Positions 17,826 to 27,461 are shown, counted from the first letter of the stretch. The stretch: 64,000 nucleotides of DNA from Hyphomicrobiales bacterium (GCA_965601715.1 OZ271835.1:2777303-2841302); one strand, 5' to 3'. Made by a program: numbers and translations. The notes: generated by a model from the sequence alone, not told the origin.

Positions 17826-18457
17826 CAATCGTCCCTCTGATAGGCCCAAAGACCACGACCTTGAGACCGAGCCTCAGTCTCCGCGGCGCGTTGCTCGGCT
17901 GACGCGTCTGCATCAGCAAAGGCCCATCCTTGCGCCACGATCCACAGAGCCAAATCCGTGTTGGCTACAAAGCATGGTGCTGCATGATCAACGTTTGCAT
18001 CCTCGCGCAGCCCAATCGTGCACGAGACCACACGGCGGCCAACAAAGCGACGTACGGCGGTGCGGGCAATCACGGCACACAGCGGCGTCCTTCCGTCACT
18101 GAGACGACAGATGGCATCGGAATCGATGGCTTCGGTGCCCATCAAGGTCACCATGCCGCGCCTCGTTCGCAGCCTGTTGGCTTCTTCAAAAACAACAATG
18201 CCGAGGCTTGTTGGCCGGGGTGGTGGTTGTTCAACAGGAGGCGCCGGAAGCCGCTCCAACTCTGTGCCAGCATCCGGCACGTGCACGGCCCGCCCGGGGA
18301 TCACTTGGCGGACATCCGGCAAGGTTTCGGTTGAGGGTATGGGCGCAGGAGGATTGCTGCCTTGCTGCACCTGTGCGCTCTCCTCCTCGACTGGCGAGCA
18401 GGCGGCGAGCAGGCAGACAAGCGCCGAGAGCGCGATACTACTGCGTGGCCCAAACAA
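17825..18457 (-). CDS. Lipoprotein with degenerate thermonuclease (SNase-like) domain
   Basis: Lipobox LAAC, Pro-rich linker, C-terminal LALWIVAQGWAFA...EARSQGRGLWA. Start is approximate (TTG at 18457); ORF is open to 18637. Confidence 0.7.
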   Translation of the reverse strand: MFGPRSSIALSALVCLLAACSPVEEESAQVQQGSNPPAPIPSTETLPDVRQVIPGRAVHVPDAGTELERLPAPPVEQPPPRPTSLGIVVFEEANRLRTRRGMVTLMGTEAIDSDAICRLSDGRTPLCAVIARTAVRRFVGRRVVSCTIGLREDANVDHAAPCFVANTDLALWIVAQGWAFADADASAEQRAAETEARSQGRGLWAYQRDD

Positions 18458-19094
18458 TGCGCGCCATCCAATCAATGTCGGGCAGGGCAATTTTGCGGTT
18501 GGGGTGGGCCTCATTGAGGGAGTGCAGCTCCACATGGCTGCTGGTCTTGCGTACCAAGATCTTCGCGAGAACTTCGCCGTCCTTAGTTCGGACCACGACG
18601 CGGTCCTGTCGGCGGATCTGTGCTCCTGGCGAGACAACGATTACATCTCCGTCACGGTACAGAGGCAGCATAGAATCGCCAGAAATCTCCAGCGCATAGG
18701 ATTGCCCATCAGCAAGATCCGGAACGTGGATAGCCTCCCATCCATGGCCCGTCGGGAATCCAGCATCGTCGAAGAAGCCGCCATCGCCCGCTTGGGCAAA
18801 TCCTATCAGCGGTACAACAGCGCCCACATAGGGTGTGTCCAGGCCCTTGGTCTCAAGCGCCCCGGACATCAGTCGTGCAAAGCTAGCGAAGTTTTCGCCG
18901 GTCGCGTTGAGAATCTTAAACAGGGACTCGGTCGATGGCCATCGCGGCCTGCCATCCTGGGCGAAACGCTTTGATTTGTTGAATGCGGTTGCGTCCAACC
19001 CAGCTTGGCGCGCCAAAGCTGAAACCGAAAGCTCATGTCTTTGGGCCAGGGCGTCGATCGCCGACCATATTTGCACGTGGGACATGGTCTGCAT
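18438..19094 (-). CDS. HTH + S24 peptidase (LexA/phage-repressor-like) transcriptional regulator
   Basis: IWSAIDALAQRHELSVSALARQAGLD HTH; RWPSTES; AG site in FAQAG; SGDSM catalytic Ser; LAK catalytic Lys. Confidence 0.88.
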   Translation of the reverse strand: MQTMSHVQIWSAIDALAQRHELSVSALARQAGLDATAFNKSKRFAQDGRPRWPSTESLFKILNATGENFASFARLMSGALETKGLDTPYVGAVVPLIGFAQAGDGGFFDDAGFPTGHGWEAIHVPDLADGQSYALEISGDSMLPLYRDGDVIVVSPGAQIRRQDRVVVRTKDGEVLAKILVRKTSSHVELHSLNEAHPNRKIALPDIDWMARIVWATQ

Positions 19095-19332
19095 CTCTTG
19101 CGATAGGACAGAAAACCTATTGTGGTCTAGTTTAGGCATGCCAACCCGTCCACGCCCTCAGGGGTGCATGCAATAGAAATACAACCTTAGCGAGAGTCCA
19201 TGCCCATCGCCGCGAAATGTCTTTCGGGCGTTCTAATTCGATGATGAATTGTGCAAAAACGACCTTTGATGGCTACAAGGTGACTCAAAGGCGATCTCCA
19301 AAGGTAGGGTCAAGCGAGAGCAAGGATCGTTC

Positions 19333-19692
19333 ATGGCGGGGCGCATGATGTTGATCTTCAAGATCGAAGACGCGGATATCTGGCAGCAGGCGCAAGCGGC
19401 CGGCGTCTACAAAGGTGCGCCTGTCGATTTGGCAGACGGGTTTATCCATTTTTCAGCTGGCGACCAGGTGGCCGGAACGCTCGGCAAGCATTTTGCTGGC
19501 CGCACAAACCTCGCCATGATCGCGGTTGAGGCGGAGGCGCTTGGCAGCGACCTGCATTGGGAGGTCTCGCGCGCAGGAGCGCTGTTTCCGCACCTGTACG
19601 CCCAGCTTGATCCATCACTTGCGGCAGGCGTTCGACCCATCCCAGACAATCACGACCTGTCTGTTTTCACAGATTGGGGCATCGCGCCGTGA
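19333..19692 (+). CDS. DUF952 domain protein
   Basis: GAPVDLADGFIHFS, WEVSRAGALFPHLY. Confidence 0.88.
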   Translation: MAGRMMLIFKIEDADIWQQAQAAGVYKGAPVDLADGFIHFSAGDQVAGTLGKHFAGRTNLAMIAVEAEALGSDLHWEVSRAGALFPHLYAQLDPSLAAGVRPIPDNHDLSVFTDWGIAP

Positions 19693-19694
19693 CC

Positions 19695-20717
19695 ATGGAC
19701 CCGTGGCCACTTGTCCGGCGCTTTGTTTTCGCCCGTCCGCCGGAAGAAGCCCACCAACTGGCTCTGAAGGGCCTGAAAGCAGGCTTGGTACCGCCATCGT
19801 CCAAGGCAACGCGGCCATATCCCCATATGGCACGGACGGTAGCAGGGCTCACCTTTCCCAATCCGGTTGGGATTGCTGCTGGTTTCGACAAAAACGGCGA
19901 TGTCCCCATGGCCATTCTGGCGCAAGGCTTTGGCTTCACCGAGGTCGGTACCACGACGCCCAAATCACAAATGGGTAACCCGAAACCACGGGTCTTCCGC
20001 CTTGTCGAAGATGAAGCGCTGATCAACCGCCTCGGATTCAACAATGAGGGGCACGATGCTATGGCCCGCCGTCTGGAAGCGCTGCCGCCCAAGGGCGGGC
20101 GCGGGATAATCGGCGTGAACATTGGCGCCAACAAGGATGCCGATGATCGCATCGCTGACTATGTCACCGGCGTGCGCCGCTTCGCCCGCCTAGGCGACTA
20201 CATCACCATTAATATCTCGTCGCCCAACACCCCGGGCTTGCGCGATCTGCAGGGCAAAGATGCCCTTACGCGCTTGCTCCACGAGGCATTAGAAGCGCGC
20301 GCACAAACCCTGCAGGGCGGCGAAGCCTGCCCGGTGTTTGTCAAGATCGCCCCTGACCTGGACGAGGAAGGCCTTGCCGACACGCTGGAGGTCCTTTCGG
20401 CAAGCCCGGTGGAAGGTGTGATCGTTTCCAACACCACCAACGCACGGCCTTCCACCTTGCGATCTTCCCAAGCGAGCGAGACGGGCGGATTGTCTGGCAA
20501 GCCGTTGTTTGAGCCATCGACGGACATGCTGCGCCGGGTAAAAGCTGCGCTGGGTGGTAGCAAAGCGCTGATCGGTGTGGGCGGTGTCGACAGCGCACAG
20601 ACCGCGCAAGCCAAGCTCGATGCCGGGGCGGATCTGGTCCAGCTTTACACAGGCTATGTGTTCCAAGGCCCGGGCTTGATTGGTGATATTCTATCTGGTC
20701 TCGACAGAACGGCTTAA
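19695..20717 (+). CDS. pyrD: Quinone-dependent dihydroorotate dehydrogenase
   Basis: AAGFDKNG, GNPKPRVFRL, NRLGFNN, NISSPNTPGLR, GGLSG. Confidence 0.95.
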   Translation: MDPWPLVRRFVFARPPEEAHQLALKGLKAGLVPPSSKATRPYPHMARTVAGLTFPNPVGIAAGFDKNGDVPMAILAQGFGFTEVGTTTPKSQMGNPKPRVFRLVEDEALINRLGFNNEGHDAMARRLEALPPKGGRGIIGVNIGANKDADDRIADYVTGVRRFARLGDYITINISSPNTPGLRDLQGKDALTRLLHEALEARAQTLQGGEACPVFVKIAPDLDEEGLADTLEVLSASPVEGVIVSNTTNARPSTLRSSQASETGGLSGKPLFEPSTDMLRRVKAALGGSKALIGVGGVDSAQTAQAKLDAGADLVQLYTGYVFQGPGLIGDILSGLDRTA

Positions 20718-20795
20718 CCGCCTTAACTCTCACGCAACGACAGACATGGCCTGACGCTGCTTTGTGGCAGCCTGGCCCACCCGCGAGGCAATCCC

Positions 20796-22166
20796 TTGGC
20801 ACGCGACAGCGACGACGCGACACCTCTAGGTGACCGCGATGCACTCGTGGCCTATCTGGCAGGCGGCGAGAAAGATCCTTCCGCCTTCCGCATTGGCACC
20901 GAGCACGAGAAGTTCCCTTTCACGCTCGAGGGCTTTCATCCCGTGCCCTACGAGGGTGAGCACGGCATCGAACGGCTGCTGCGCGGCATGGAAGGTCTGC
21001 TGGGTTGGGAGCCCATCTTGGATGAGGGGCGCATCATAGGCCTCGCGGACCCAACCGGCGGCGGCGCCATCAGCCTGGAGCCCGGCGGCCAGTTTGAGCT
21101 GTCCGGAGCTCCGCTGGAAAACCTGCACCAGACCTGCTCAGAGGTGCACGCGCATTTGGCGCAGCTTCGCGAGGTGGCGACACCTCTTGGTATTGGTTTC
21201 CTCGGTACCGGCATGTCCCCGACCTGGTCACTCGATGAAACGCCGGTCATGCCCAAGTCGCGCTATGACATCATGGCCAACTACATGCCGAAGGTGGGCA
21301 CCCGCGGCCTCGACATGATGTTCCGCACCGCGACCATTCAGGTGAACCTCGACTTTTCGTCCGAAGCCGACATGGTGCGCAAAATGCGTGTCGGTCTGGC
21401 CCTGCAACCGGTGGCGACGGCCCTATTCGGCAACTCGCCTTTCAATGATGGTGCGGTGAATGGCCTGCAATCGGCGCGCGCTTATGCCTGGCTCGATACC
21501 GACAACAACCGCTCGGGCGCCCTGCCGCAGGCGTTTGATGATGATTTTGGTTACGACGCCTATGTCGAATGGGCGCTTGACGTGCCGATGTATTTCATCA
21601 AGCGGGGCAGCACCTACCACGATGTTACCGGGTCATCGTTCCGCGATCTGATGGCGGGCACACACCCCGCAGTGCCTGGTGAGACGGCCACGCTGTCAGA
21701 TTGGACGAACCATCTTTCGACCCTGTTTCCAGATGTGCGCCTGAAACGCTTCATCGAGATGCGCGGCGCTGACGGCGGACCATGGGCGCGCATTTGCGCG
21801 CTGCCCGCGCTTTGGGTTGGCTTGTTGTACGACGACGCAACCCTGCGCGAAGCCGAAGCGCTGGTGATGGATATGACGGCCCAAGAGCGCGAGGACATGC
21901 GCATCCAGGTGCCGGAACTTGGCCTGCGTGCACCTTATCGCGGCGGCACCGTGCAAGACTTGGCGGCGCAAATGGTGCGCCTCGCGAAGAAGGGGCTAGC
22001 CGCGCGCAGCAACCTCAACCCGTCGGGCAATGATGAAAGCATCTTCCTCTCGGCTTTGGAGGAAGTGGTCGAGACGGGCCGCAGCCCGGCAGACGTTTTG
22101 CTCGAGCGCTACCATGGCGCTTGGAACGGTGACCTAGAACGCATCTTCAAAGAGTTTGCGTATTAA
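20796..22166 (+). CDS. gshA: Glutamate--cysteine ligase (plant/alphaproteobacterial type)
   Basis: IGTEHEKF, SLEPGGQFELSG, MPKSRY, RLKRFIEMRGAD. Confidence 0.93.
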   Translation: MARDSDDATPLGDRDALVAYLAGGEKDPSAFRIGTEHEKFPFTLEGFHPVPYEGEHGIERLLRGMEGLLGWEPILDEGRIIGLADPTGGGAISLEPGGQFELSGAPLENLHQTCSEVHAHLAQLREVATPLGIGFLGTGMSPTWSLDETPVMPKSRYDIMANYMPKVGTRGLDMMFRTATIQVNLDFSSEADMVRKMRVGLALQPVATALFGNSPFNDGAVNGLQSARAYAWLDTDNNRSGALPQAFDDDFGYDAYVEWALDVPMYFIKRGSTYHDVTGSSFRDLMAGTHPAVPGETATLSDWTNHLSTLFPDVRLKRFIEMRGADGGPWARICALPALWVGLLYDDATLREAEALVMDMTAQEREDMRIQVPELGLRAPYRGGTVQDLAAQMVRLAKKGLAARSNLNPSGNDESIFLSALEEVVETGRSPADVLLERYHGAWNGDLERIFKEFAY

Positions 22167-22171
22167 AGCGG

Positions 22172-23428
22172 TTAGGATTTGAGCGCCCGCCAGCCAATAT
22201 CGCGGCGGCAGAAGCCTTCCGGCCAGTCAATTGCGTCGACCATGCCATAAGCCTTGTCCCGCGCTTCTTGCAGCGTTGCACCACGCGCCGTGACGTTCAG
22301 CACCCGCCCGCCATTCGCCAGCAAAGCCCCATCCTCACCGCGCTTCGTGCCGGCGTGGAAGACCATGACGTCCGCGTCGCCCGTCTGCGGGATCGTGATG
22401 GGCGAGCCCTTATCATACGACCCGGGATACCCTTGCGTCGCCATCACAACCGTCATCACCGGATCGTCGTTCCAAGCGACCTGCGCAGACCCAACTTCAC
22501 CATTGGCGCAGGCCATCAGCACCTCTGCTAGGTCACCCTCGAAGCGCATCATCAACACCTGACATTCCGGGTCGCCAAAGCGCGTGTTAAACTCGATCAG
22601 CTTCGGCCCGTCTTCGGTGATCATCAGACCCGCGAACAACACGCCTTTGAACGGCGTGCCGCGCGCGGCCATGCCATCCATGGCGGGCTGGACAATCTCT
22701 GCCATGACTTGCTCGACCATCGCATCGCTCATCACCGGCGCTGGGGCATAGGCGCCCATGCCGCCGGTGTTGGGGCCGGTGTCGCCTTCGCCAACGCGTT
22801 TGTGATCCTGGGCGCTGCCGAAATAGAGCGCCTGCTCGCCATCGCACAGCGCAAACAGGCTGGCTTCCTCGCCAATCAGACACGCCTCGATGACGACGCT
22901 CGCCCCTGCCTCACCAAAGGCCCCGTCGAAACAGGCAATGACGGCCTCGCGGGCGGTCTCCATCGTTTCGGCCACCGTGACACCCTTGCCTGCGGCCAGC
23001 CCATCGGCCTTGATCACGATGGGCGCGCTGTGTGTGTCCAGATAGGCAAGTGCAGACGCCTGATCGGAGAAATGTCCATAGGCTGCGGTGGGGATGCCCA
23101 TCTCATCGCATAGCGCCTTGGTGAAGGCTTTCGAACCTTCCAGCTGAGAGGCCGCCTGGCTGGGGCCAAAGGCGGCTGTGCCGCTGCCTTCCAGATCATC
23201 CACCAAACCGGCCACGAGCGGCGCCTCTGGCCCAACCACTACCAAATCCACGGCCTCAATGGCGCAGAAATCGGTGACTGCCTCAAAATCCATGATGTCG
23301 AGATCGACCGAGCAGTCGATGCCGCCATTGCCCGGCGCGCACCACACCTCCTCGACGCTTGCGGACCGCTCTAGGGCCCAAACCAGGGCATGTTCGCGCC
23401 CACCACTTCCAATCACCAACACCCGCAT
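22172..23428 (-). CDS. purD: Phosphoribosylamine--glycine ligase
   Basis: IGSGGREHAL, KADGLAAGKGV, QDHKR...NTGGMG, EFNTRFGDPE. Confidence 0.97.
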   Translation of the reverse strand: MRVLVIGSGGREHALVWALERSASVEEVWCAPGNGGIDCSVDLDIMDFEAVTDFCAIEAVDLVVVGPEAPLVAGLVDDLEGSGTAAFGPSQAASQLEGSKAFTKALCDEMGIPTAAYGHFSDQASALAYLDTHSAPIVIKADGLAAGKGVTVAETMETAREAVIACFDGAFGEAGASVVIEACLIGEEASLFALCDGEQALYFGSAQDHKRVGEGDTGPNTGGMGAYAPAPVMSDAMVEQVMAEIVQPAMDGMAARGTPFKGVLFAGLMITEDGPKLIEFNTRFGDPECQVLMMRFEGDLAEVLMACANGEVGSAQVAWNDDPVMTVVMATQGYPGSYDKGSPITIPQTGDADVMVFHAGTKRGEDGALLANGGRVLNVTARGATLQEARDKAYGMVDAIDWPEGFCRRDIGWRALKS

Positions 23429-23507
23429 GGACGATCAACCTTGCATCCGCACCTGCGGCTTGCCACATGCAAGGGCCAGCCGCCTCGATCCCGTGGGGAG
23501 ACCAAAC

Positions 23508-23777
23508 ATGTCCAACGCCGTCAACCGTTTCCTTGGGGGATCACCCCTCGGCGTGTTCGTCAAATTGCTCTTGGTCTCACTTCTGGTGGGCATCGTGCTG
23601 TCAGCGCTCGGCCTGACGCCGCTGAGCTTGGTCGACTTCATCGTCGACTTTGTCGAGCGGATTTGGAACCTTGGCTTTGAGGCGCTTGGTCAGTTTGGTG
23701 ATTGGATCCTGCTGGGCGCAACGCTGGTGATACCCGTCTGGTTCATCATGCGGCTGATGGATCGGTCGGGGCGGTAG
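23508..23777 (+). CDS. Small membrane protein (DUF6460-like)
   Basis: RFLGGSPLGVFVKLLLVSLLVG...LLGATLVIPVW; GGAG RBS. Confidence 0.8.
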   Translation: MSNAVNRFLGGSPLGVFVKLLLVSLLVGIVLSALGLTPLSLVDFIVDFVERIWNLGFEALGQFGDWILLGATLVIPVWFIMRLMDRSGR

Positions 23778-23801
23778 ACCCGGCACACCTGAGACTTTTA
23801 T

Positions 23802-23960
23802 CTACCAATTGAAGAGCCCGTTCGGCAGTTCCACAACTTCTCGGCGATCTCGGTTGAAGACCCAAAGTCCGTAAAGGATCGGCCCCAAGATGATGCACAG
23901 GACAAGCACTATCCCGAGACCGATGTCTTCGCGGGTTTTGAGTTGGCTGCTTGGCTTCAT
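23802..23960 (-). CDS. Putative 52-aa single-TM protein
   Basis: MKPSSQLKTREDIGLGIVLVLCIILGPILYGLWVFNRDRREVVELPNGLFNW; no clear RBS. Confidence 0.45.
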   Translation of the reverse strand: MKPSSQLKTREDIGLGIVLVLCIILGPILYGLWVFNRDRREVVELPNGLFNW

Positions 23961-24076
23961 GGCGGTAGTGTTTCGCACTAATGCCACGCGGTCCAATTGA
24001 AGCAGATCCAACGCCGAGCGACATAACCTCTTGGTGACTTGGTGGAGCAGTCCCAACAGGACCGCAACCAACAGCA

Positions 24077-24994
24077 ATGGCTATTCAATGGAGGAGAGTG
24101 AGCATTGTGACGACAGCGATTGCTTGGCTGACGCATCACTACGATGATGAAGAACAAGCCGCGTTTCATAGGTTGGCAAGCGAAGCCTTCGCCTTTGGCG
24201 ACGTCTATCAGTTTCGTGATGGTGTGACTCTCAGAAAGGGAGAGTCGCCCACTCAAATCATATCGCTGAGCGAAGAAGAGGTCATAAAGGCATCACCACG
24301 ACGTCACGCGTTGTGGGCTCACAAAATGCAGTCAGGGCCAGAGACCGATGACCTGATGGACATCCTGATGATGGCGATTGCTCAGCGTTTGCGTGACTAC
24401 GACTATTTCTGGTTCATTGAGTCGGACGTCGATTTCACCGGCGATTGGGCGACCTTTTTTTCTGATTTCACCGATTGCACCGCGGACTTGTTGTGTATGC
24501 ACATTTGTCAGCGTCATATGTCGTCAGACTGGTATCATTGGCCAACATTTGGCGCACCGTTCCAGCTTCAACAAGAGAACCAGATCAAGGGTTTCTTCCC
24601 AGTTTCGAGGTTCTCGCGTGCCTTCACTGACCTCGTTAGTAGCGAAATCAACAATGGTTGGTCTGGTCACTTCGAAGCGATCTTGCCAACCATGGCGAAT
24701 TGTTGGGGTCTTTCAATTGAAGATATCGGCGACACTGGTCCTTGGACACCAGCCAGCCGGAAGGGCATGTGGTGTGGCTCGACTTATCGCTACCGTCCTC
24801 CGGTGGCTTCCCATTACCATCCTTATAGCGATGTCGACTTGCCAAGAAACAATCTCATTCATCCGGTCAAAACGGCCGCGTCGCACAATGCAACTGGCAA
24901 ACGGCGGCGCAAGAAACGACCAAAGAATCTGACGAGCCGACTGAAGTCTTGGGCACTGAATCCGTTCAAATCTGTTGTGAAACGCAGAAACTGA
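24077..24994 (+). CDS. DUF3405-like / putative glycosyltransferase
   Basis: YDYFWFIESDVDFTGDW motif and EAILPT; lower GC than its flanks. Confidence 0.6.
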   Translation: MAIQWRRVSIVTTAIAWLTHHYDDEEQAAFHRLASEAFAFGDVYQFRDGVTLRKGESPTQIISLSEEEVIKASPRRHALWAHKMQSGPETDDLMDILMMAIAQRLRDYDYFWFIESDVDFTGDWATFFSDFTDCTADLLCMHICQRHMSSDWYHWPTFGAPFQLQQENQIKGFFPVSRFSRAFTDLVSSEINNGWSGHFEAILPTMANCWGLSIEDIGDTGPWTPASRKGMWCGSTYRYRPPVASHYHPYSDVDLPRNNLIHPVKTAASHNATGKRRRKKRPKNLTSRLKSWALNPFKSVVKRRN

Positions 24995-25174
24995 GCTACG
25001 GGCCGACATCGGCCGCTAATCCGCGAGACAGGCTTCCCTGGACAGCAAATTAGGGTCCAACTTTTTGGGTCGGACGCCTGTGTTGTTGGAACTTTTGCCA
25101 GTCACCATTGCGGTCGACCAAGTGGCTCCACGCCATATACTTCAGCTCGACATCACCATCAAAGGTGCTGCTTC

Positions 25175-26095
25175 CTACCCACCCGCTCCCAAATACCGCG
25201 CCATCACCTTATGGATCGTTGCGTGGCGGACACCCACCTCGTCATGGTCATTGCCATAACCGCCGCCGATCACGGCGGCGAGCGGCAGACCGCGTGAGCG
25301 CACCTGATCGATGACGAACCAATCACGATCCATCAGCCCTTGCATGGAAAGGGAAAGCCGCCCCAGCTTGTCGCCCGCATGCGGGTCAACGCCCGCATTG
25401 TAGAACACCATGTCCGGATGGAAGGCATCCAAAGCACGCGGCAGGGCGGCGCGGATAATCTCCAAATAGGCGGCGTCCTCAACGCCATCATCCAGCGCGA
25501 TATCAACGTCGCTTGTGGCTTTGTCGGACGGGTAATTGTGGGCGGCATGAACGCTCAGGGTCATGACGCTATTATCGCCTGCGAAGATCCGAGCTGTCCC
25601 GTCGCCCTGGTGCACATCCAAGTCGACAATCAAGGCCTTGCCGATCAGCCCGTCTGCCTGCAGCACCCGCACCGCCACGGCCACATCGTTGTAAACGCAA
25701 AAGCCTGCGCCTTGCTCGAAGCGCGCATGGTGACTGCCACCAGCCGTGTTGGCGGCCATCCCATGCTCGAGCGCCAGCCGCCCGGCGAGTACGGTGCCAG
25801 CTGTTGCCAACCGTCCGCGCCGCCCCACGGCTTGGGTGATGGGAAGGCCTATATCCTTCTCGATGGAACGCGGAACCGAGCCATTGTTCACTCCATCCAC
25901 ATAGGCGGCGGCGTGGGCAAGCCGAAGCCACCCGTCTGGGGCTTCGCGCGGTTCGTGGAACCCGTTAGGCACCAGGCCCTCGGCCCGCAAATGGTCCGCC
26001 AGCGCGCCGAACTTGCGCATCGGGAAACGATGCCCGTCGGGGAGCTCTGCCACATAGGCCGGGTGGTGAACGATGGGGAGCATGGGGGACGCCAT
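25175..26095 (-). CDS. Histone deacetylase family protein
   Basis: HRFPM, GGSHHA, GFCVYND, DLDVHQGDG, DPH, GGGY. Confidence 0.92.
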   Translation of the reverse strand: MASPMLPIVHHPAYVAELPDGHRFPMRKFGALADHLRAEGLVPNGFHEPREAPDGWLRLAHAAAYVDGVNNGSVPRSIEKDIGLPITQAVGRRGRLATAGTVLAGRLALEHGMAANTAGGSHHARFEQGAGFCVYNDVAVAVRVLQADGLIGKALIVDLDVHQGDGTARIFAGDNSVMTLSVHAAHNYPSDKATSDVDIALDDGVEDAAYLEIIRAALPRALDAFHPDMVFYNAGVDPHAGDKLGRLSLSMQGLMDRDWFVIDQVRSRGLPLAAVIGGGYGNDHDEVGVRHATIHKVMARYLGAGG

Positions 26096-26277
26096 GCGCG
26101 CGATATAGGCCTCCATCTGCCACCACCCAAGTGCATCCCCCGCAGGATCTAGCGCTTGTCGGCATGAAGCAGCGACAGTGTGACACCAACCACATAATAA
26201 CGTTGCGTCATTTGCTAAGGCATGGGCATCGAAACGGCTCGATAGGCCGTTTGCAACAAGCTCTGATGAGGCGCGTT

Positions 26278-26508
26278 ATGAATGGATTGCCGGGTGGCCC
26301 ACTGCTGGAGGCCGCGATCATCAAATTCAACATTGAACCCGCGGCAGCGCAGGCGGCATGCCTTCGCTCATCTGCAGAGACGACCGAGCGACCCATTGCT
26401 TCCGTCGCTTACACCTGGGCGTCCAACACTTGGATGGCACTCGCATCCGGCCTGCGGCATGCGCACATTGCCATGGCGCAACACCTGATGGAGCCTTTGC
26501 GGCACTAA
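26278..26508 (+). CDS. Hypothetical 76-aa protein
   Basis: GAGG RBS 6 nt before the ATG, genome-like codon usage, hairpin terminator follows. Confidence 0.4.
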   Translation: MNGLPGGPLLEAAIIKFNIEPAAAQAACLRSSAETTERPIASVAYTWASNTWMALASGLRHAHIAMAQHLMEPLRH

Positions 26509-26530
26509 AAGCTGATCCGTTGCCCGGATA

Positions 26531-26557
26531 ACGACAGTTCAATGTCTGTCGTGTTTT
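26531..26557 (+). terminator. Hairpin ACGACAG-N8-CTGTCGT followed by GTTTT
   Basis: 7-bp perfect stem between convergent ORFs. Confidence 0.45.
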
Positions 26558-26570
26558 GGCGTGACCGCGC

Positions 26571-27413
26571 CTATGAAACACTCTCGATGAACGCTTTGAA
26601 GGCATCCGCATAGTCTGGATGCCAGCGGCTGAGGGCAGGACGGTTCTCAATAATGTCGCCCGCTGCCCAGGCCATGCGCTTTTCATCCATTTCGCGCGGC
26701 ACATCATTGTCCGGACACAGAATGTAAAAGTCCCCCCGGTTCATCGACTCGATGAAAAAGCCCACCGTTTGCTCAGCCGTCCAAGCGGCAGGCGGCTTGT
26801 CTCCGGCGCCGGTGGTCATGCCGGTATGGACAAAGCCTGGAATCAAGAGGTGCGCTGTAATCTGGCTACCCTCTGTGTTGCGCAGCTCATGCGACAGCGC
26901 TTCGGTGAAGGCTTTCAGCCCCGCTTTGGAGACATTGTAGGCCGGATTGCCAGGCGGCGTGGTGATGCCCTGCTTGGAGCCTGTGTTGATGATCGCGCCG
27001 GGGCGTCCACGAGCGATCATGTTGGGTGCAAACACCTGGCACCCGTGGATTGGACCCCAAAGGTTGATGCCGAGCGTCGCTTCCCAGGCGGAGAGGGGCC
27101 CTTGGCAGGACGAACTCATGCCAATGCCGGCATTGTTCATGAGGATGTCCACCCCACCAAAACGCTCGGTGATGGCGGCTTCCAAAGCTTCAAGCTGCGC
27201 CCGGTCCGAGACATCCGTGGTCGCGGTCATCACGTCGGTCGCTCCGGCGGCGCGTAACGCGGCGTCGGTTGTGGCCAGTTTGTCGGCGTCTCGGTCGACG
27301 GCAACCAAGCGCATGCCCATGATTGCGAATTGGGTTAAGGCAGCAAGGCCGATACCAGAGGCGCCGCCGGTAACAACGGCGACAGAATCCTTGGTGAAGG
27401 CAGGGTGGGTCAT
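26571..27413 (-). CDS. SDR family oxidoreductase
   Basis: TGGASGIG, NNAG, YNVSK (YxxxK). Confidence 0.93.
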   Translation of the reverse strand: MTHPAFTKDSVAVVTGGASGIGLAALTQFAIMGMRLVAVDRDADKLATTDAALRAAGATDVMTATTDVSDRAQLEALEAAITERFGGVDILMNNAGIGMSSSCQGPLSAWEATLGINLWGPIHGCQVFAPNMIARGRPGAIINTGSKQGITTPPGNPAYNVSKAGLKAFTEALSHELRNTEGSQITAHLLIPGFVHTGMTTGAGDKPPAAWTAEQTVGFFIESMNRGDFYILCPDNDVPREMDEKRMAWAAGDIIENRPALSRWHPDYADAFKAFIESVS

Positions 27414-27461
27414 AAGGGGGTCTCCAAAACAGAACGTTTCGCCGACCTTAAGGGTGGAGGG

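Noticed and set aside
18018-18974. Long alternative-frame ORFs (e.g. 18018-18974, 11154-11981, 15791-16588, 25340-26152, 26947-27717)
   Set aside because: They lie antisense to well-supported genes; typical shadow ORFs of high-GC DNA with no motifs.
25040-25175. Protein-like minus-strand fragment (STFDGDVELKYMAWSHLVDRNGDWQKF) after the HDAC stop
   Set aside because: No start or RBS and no identifiable parent gene, so a pseudogene call is not supported.
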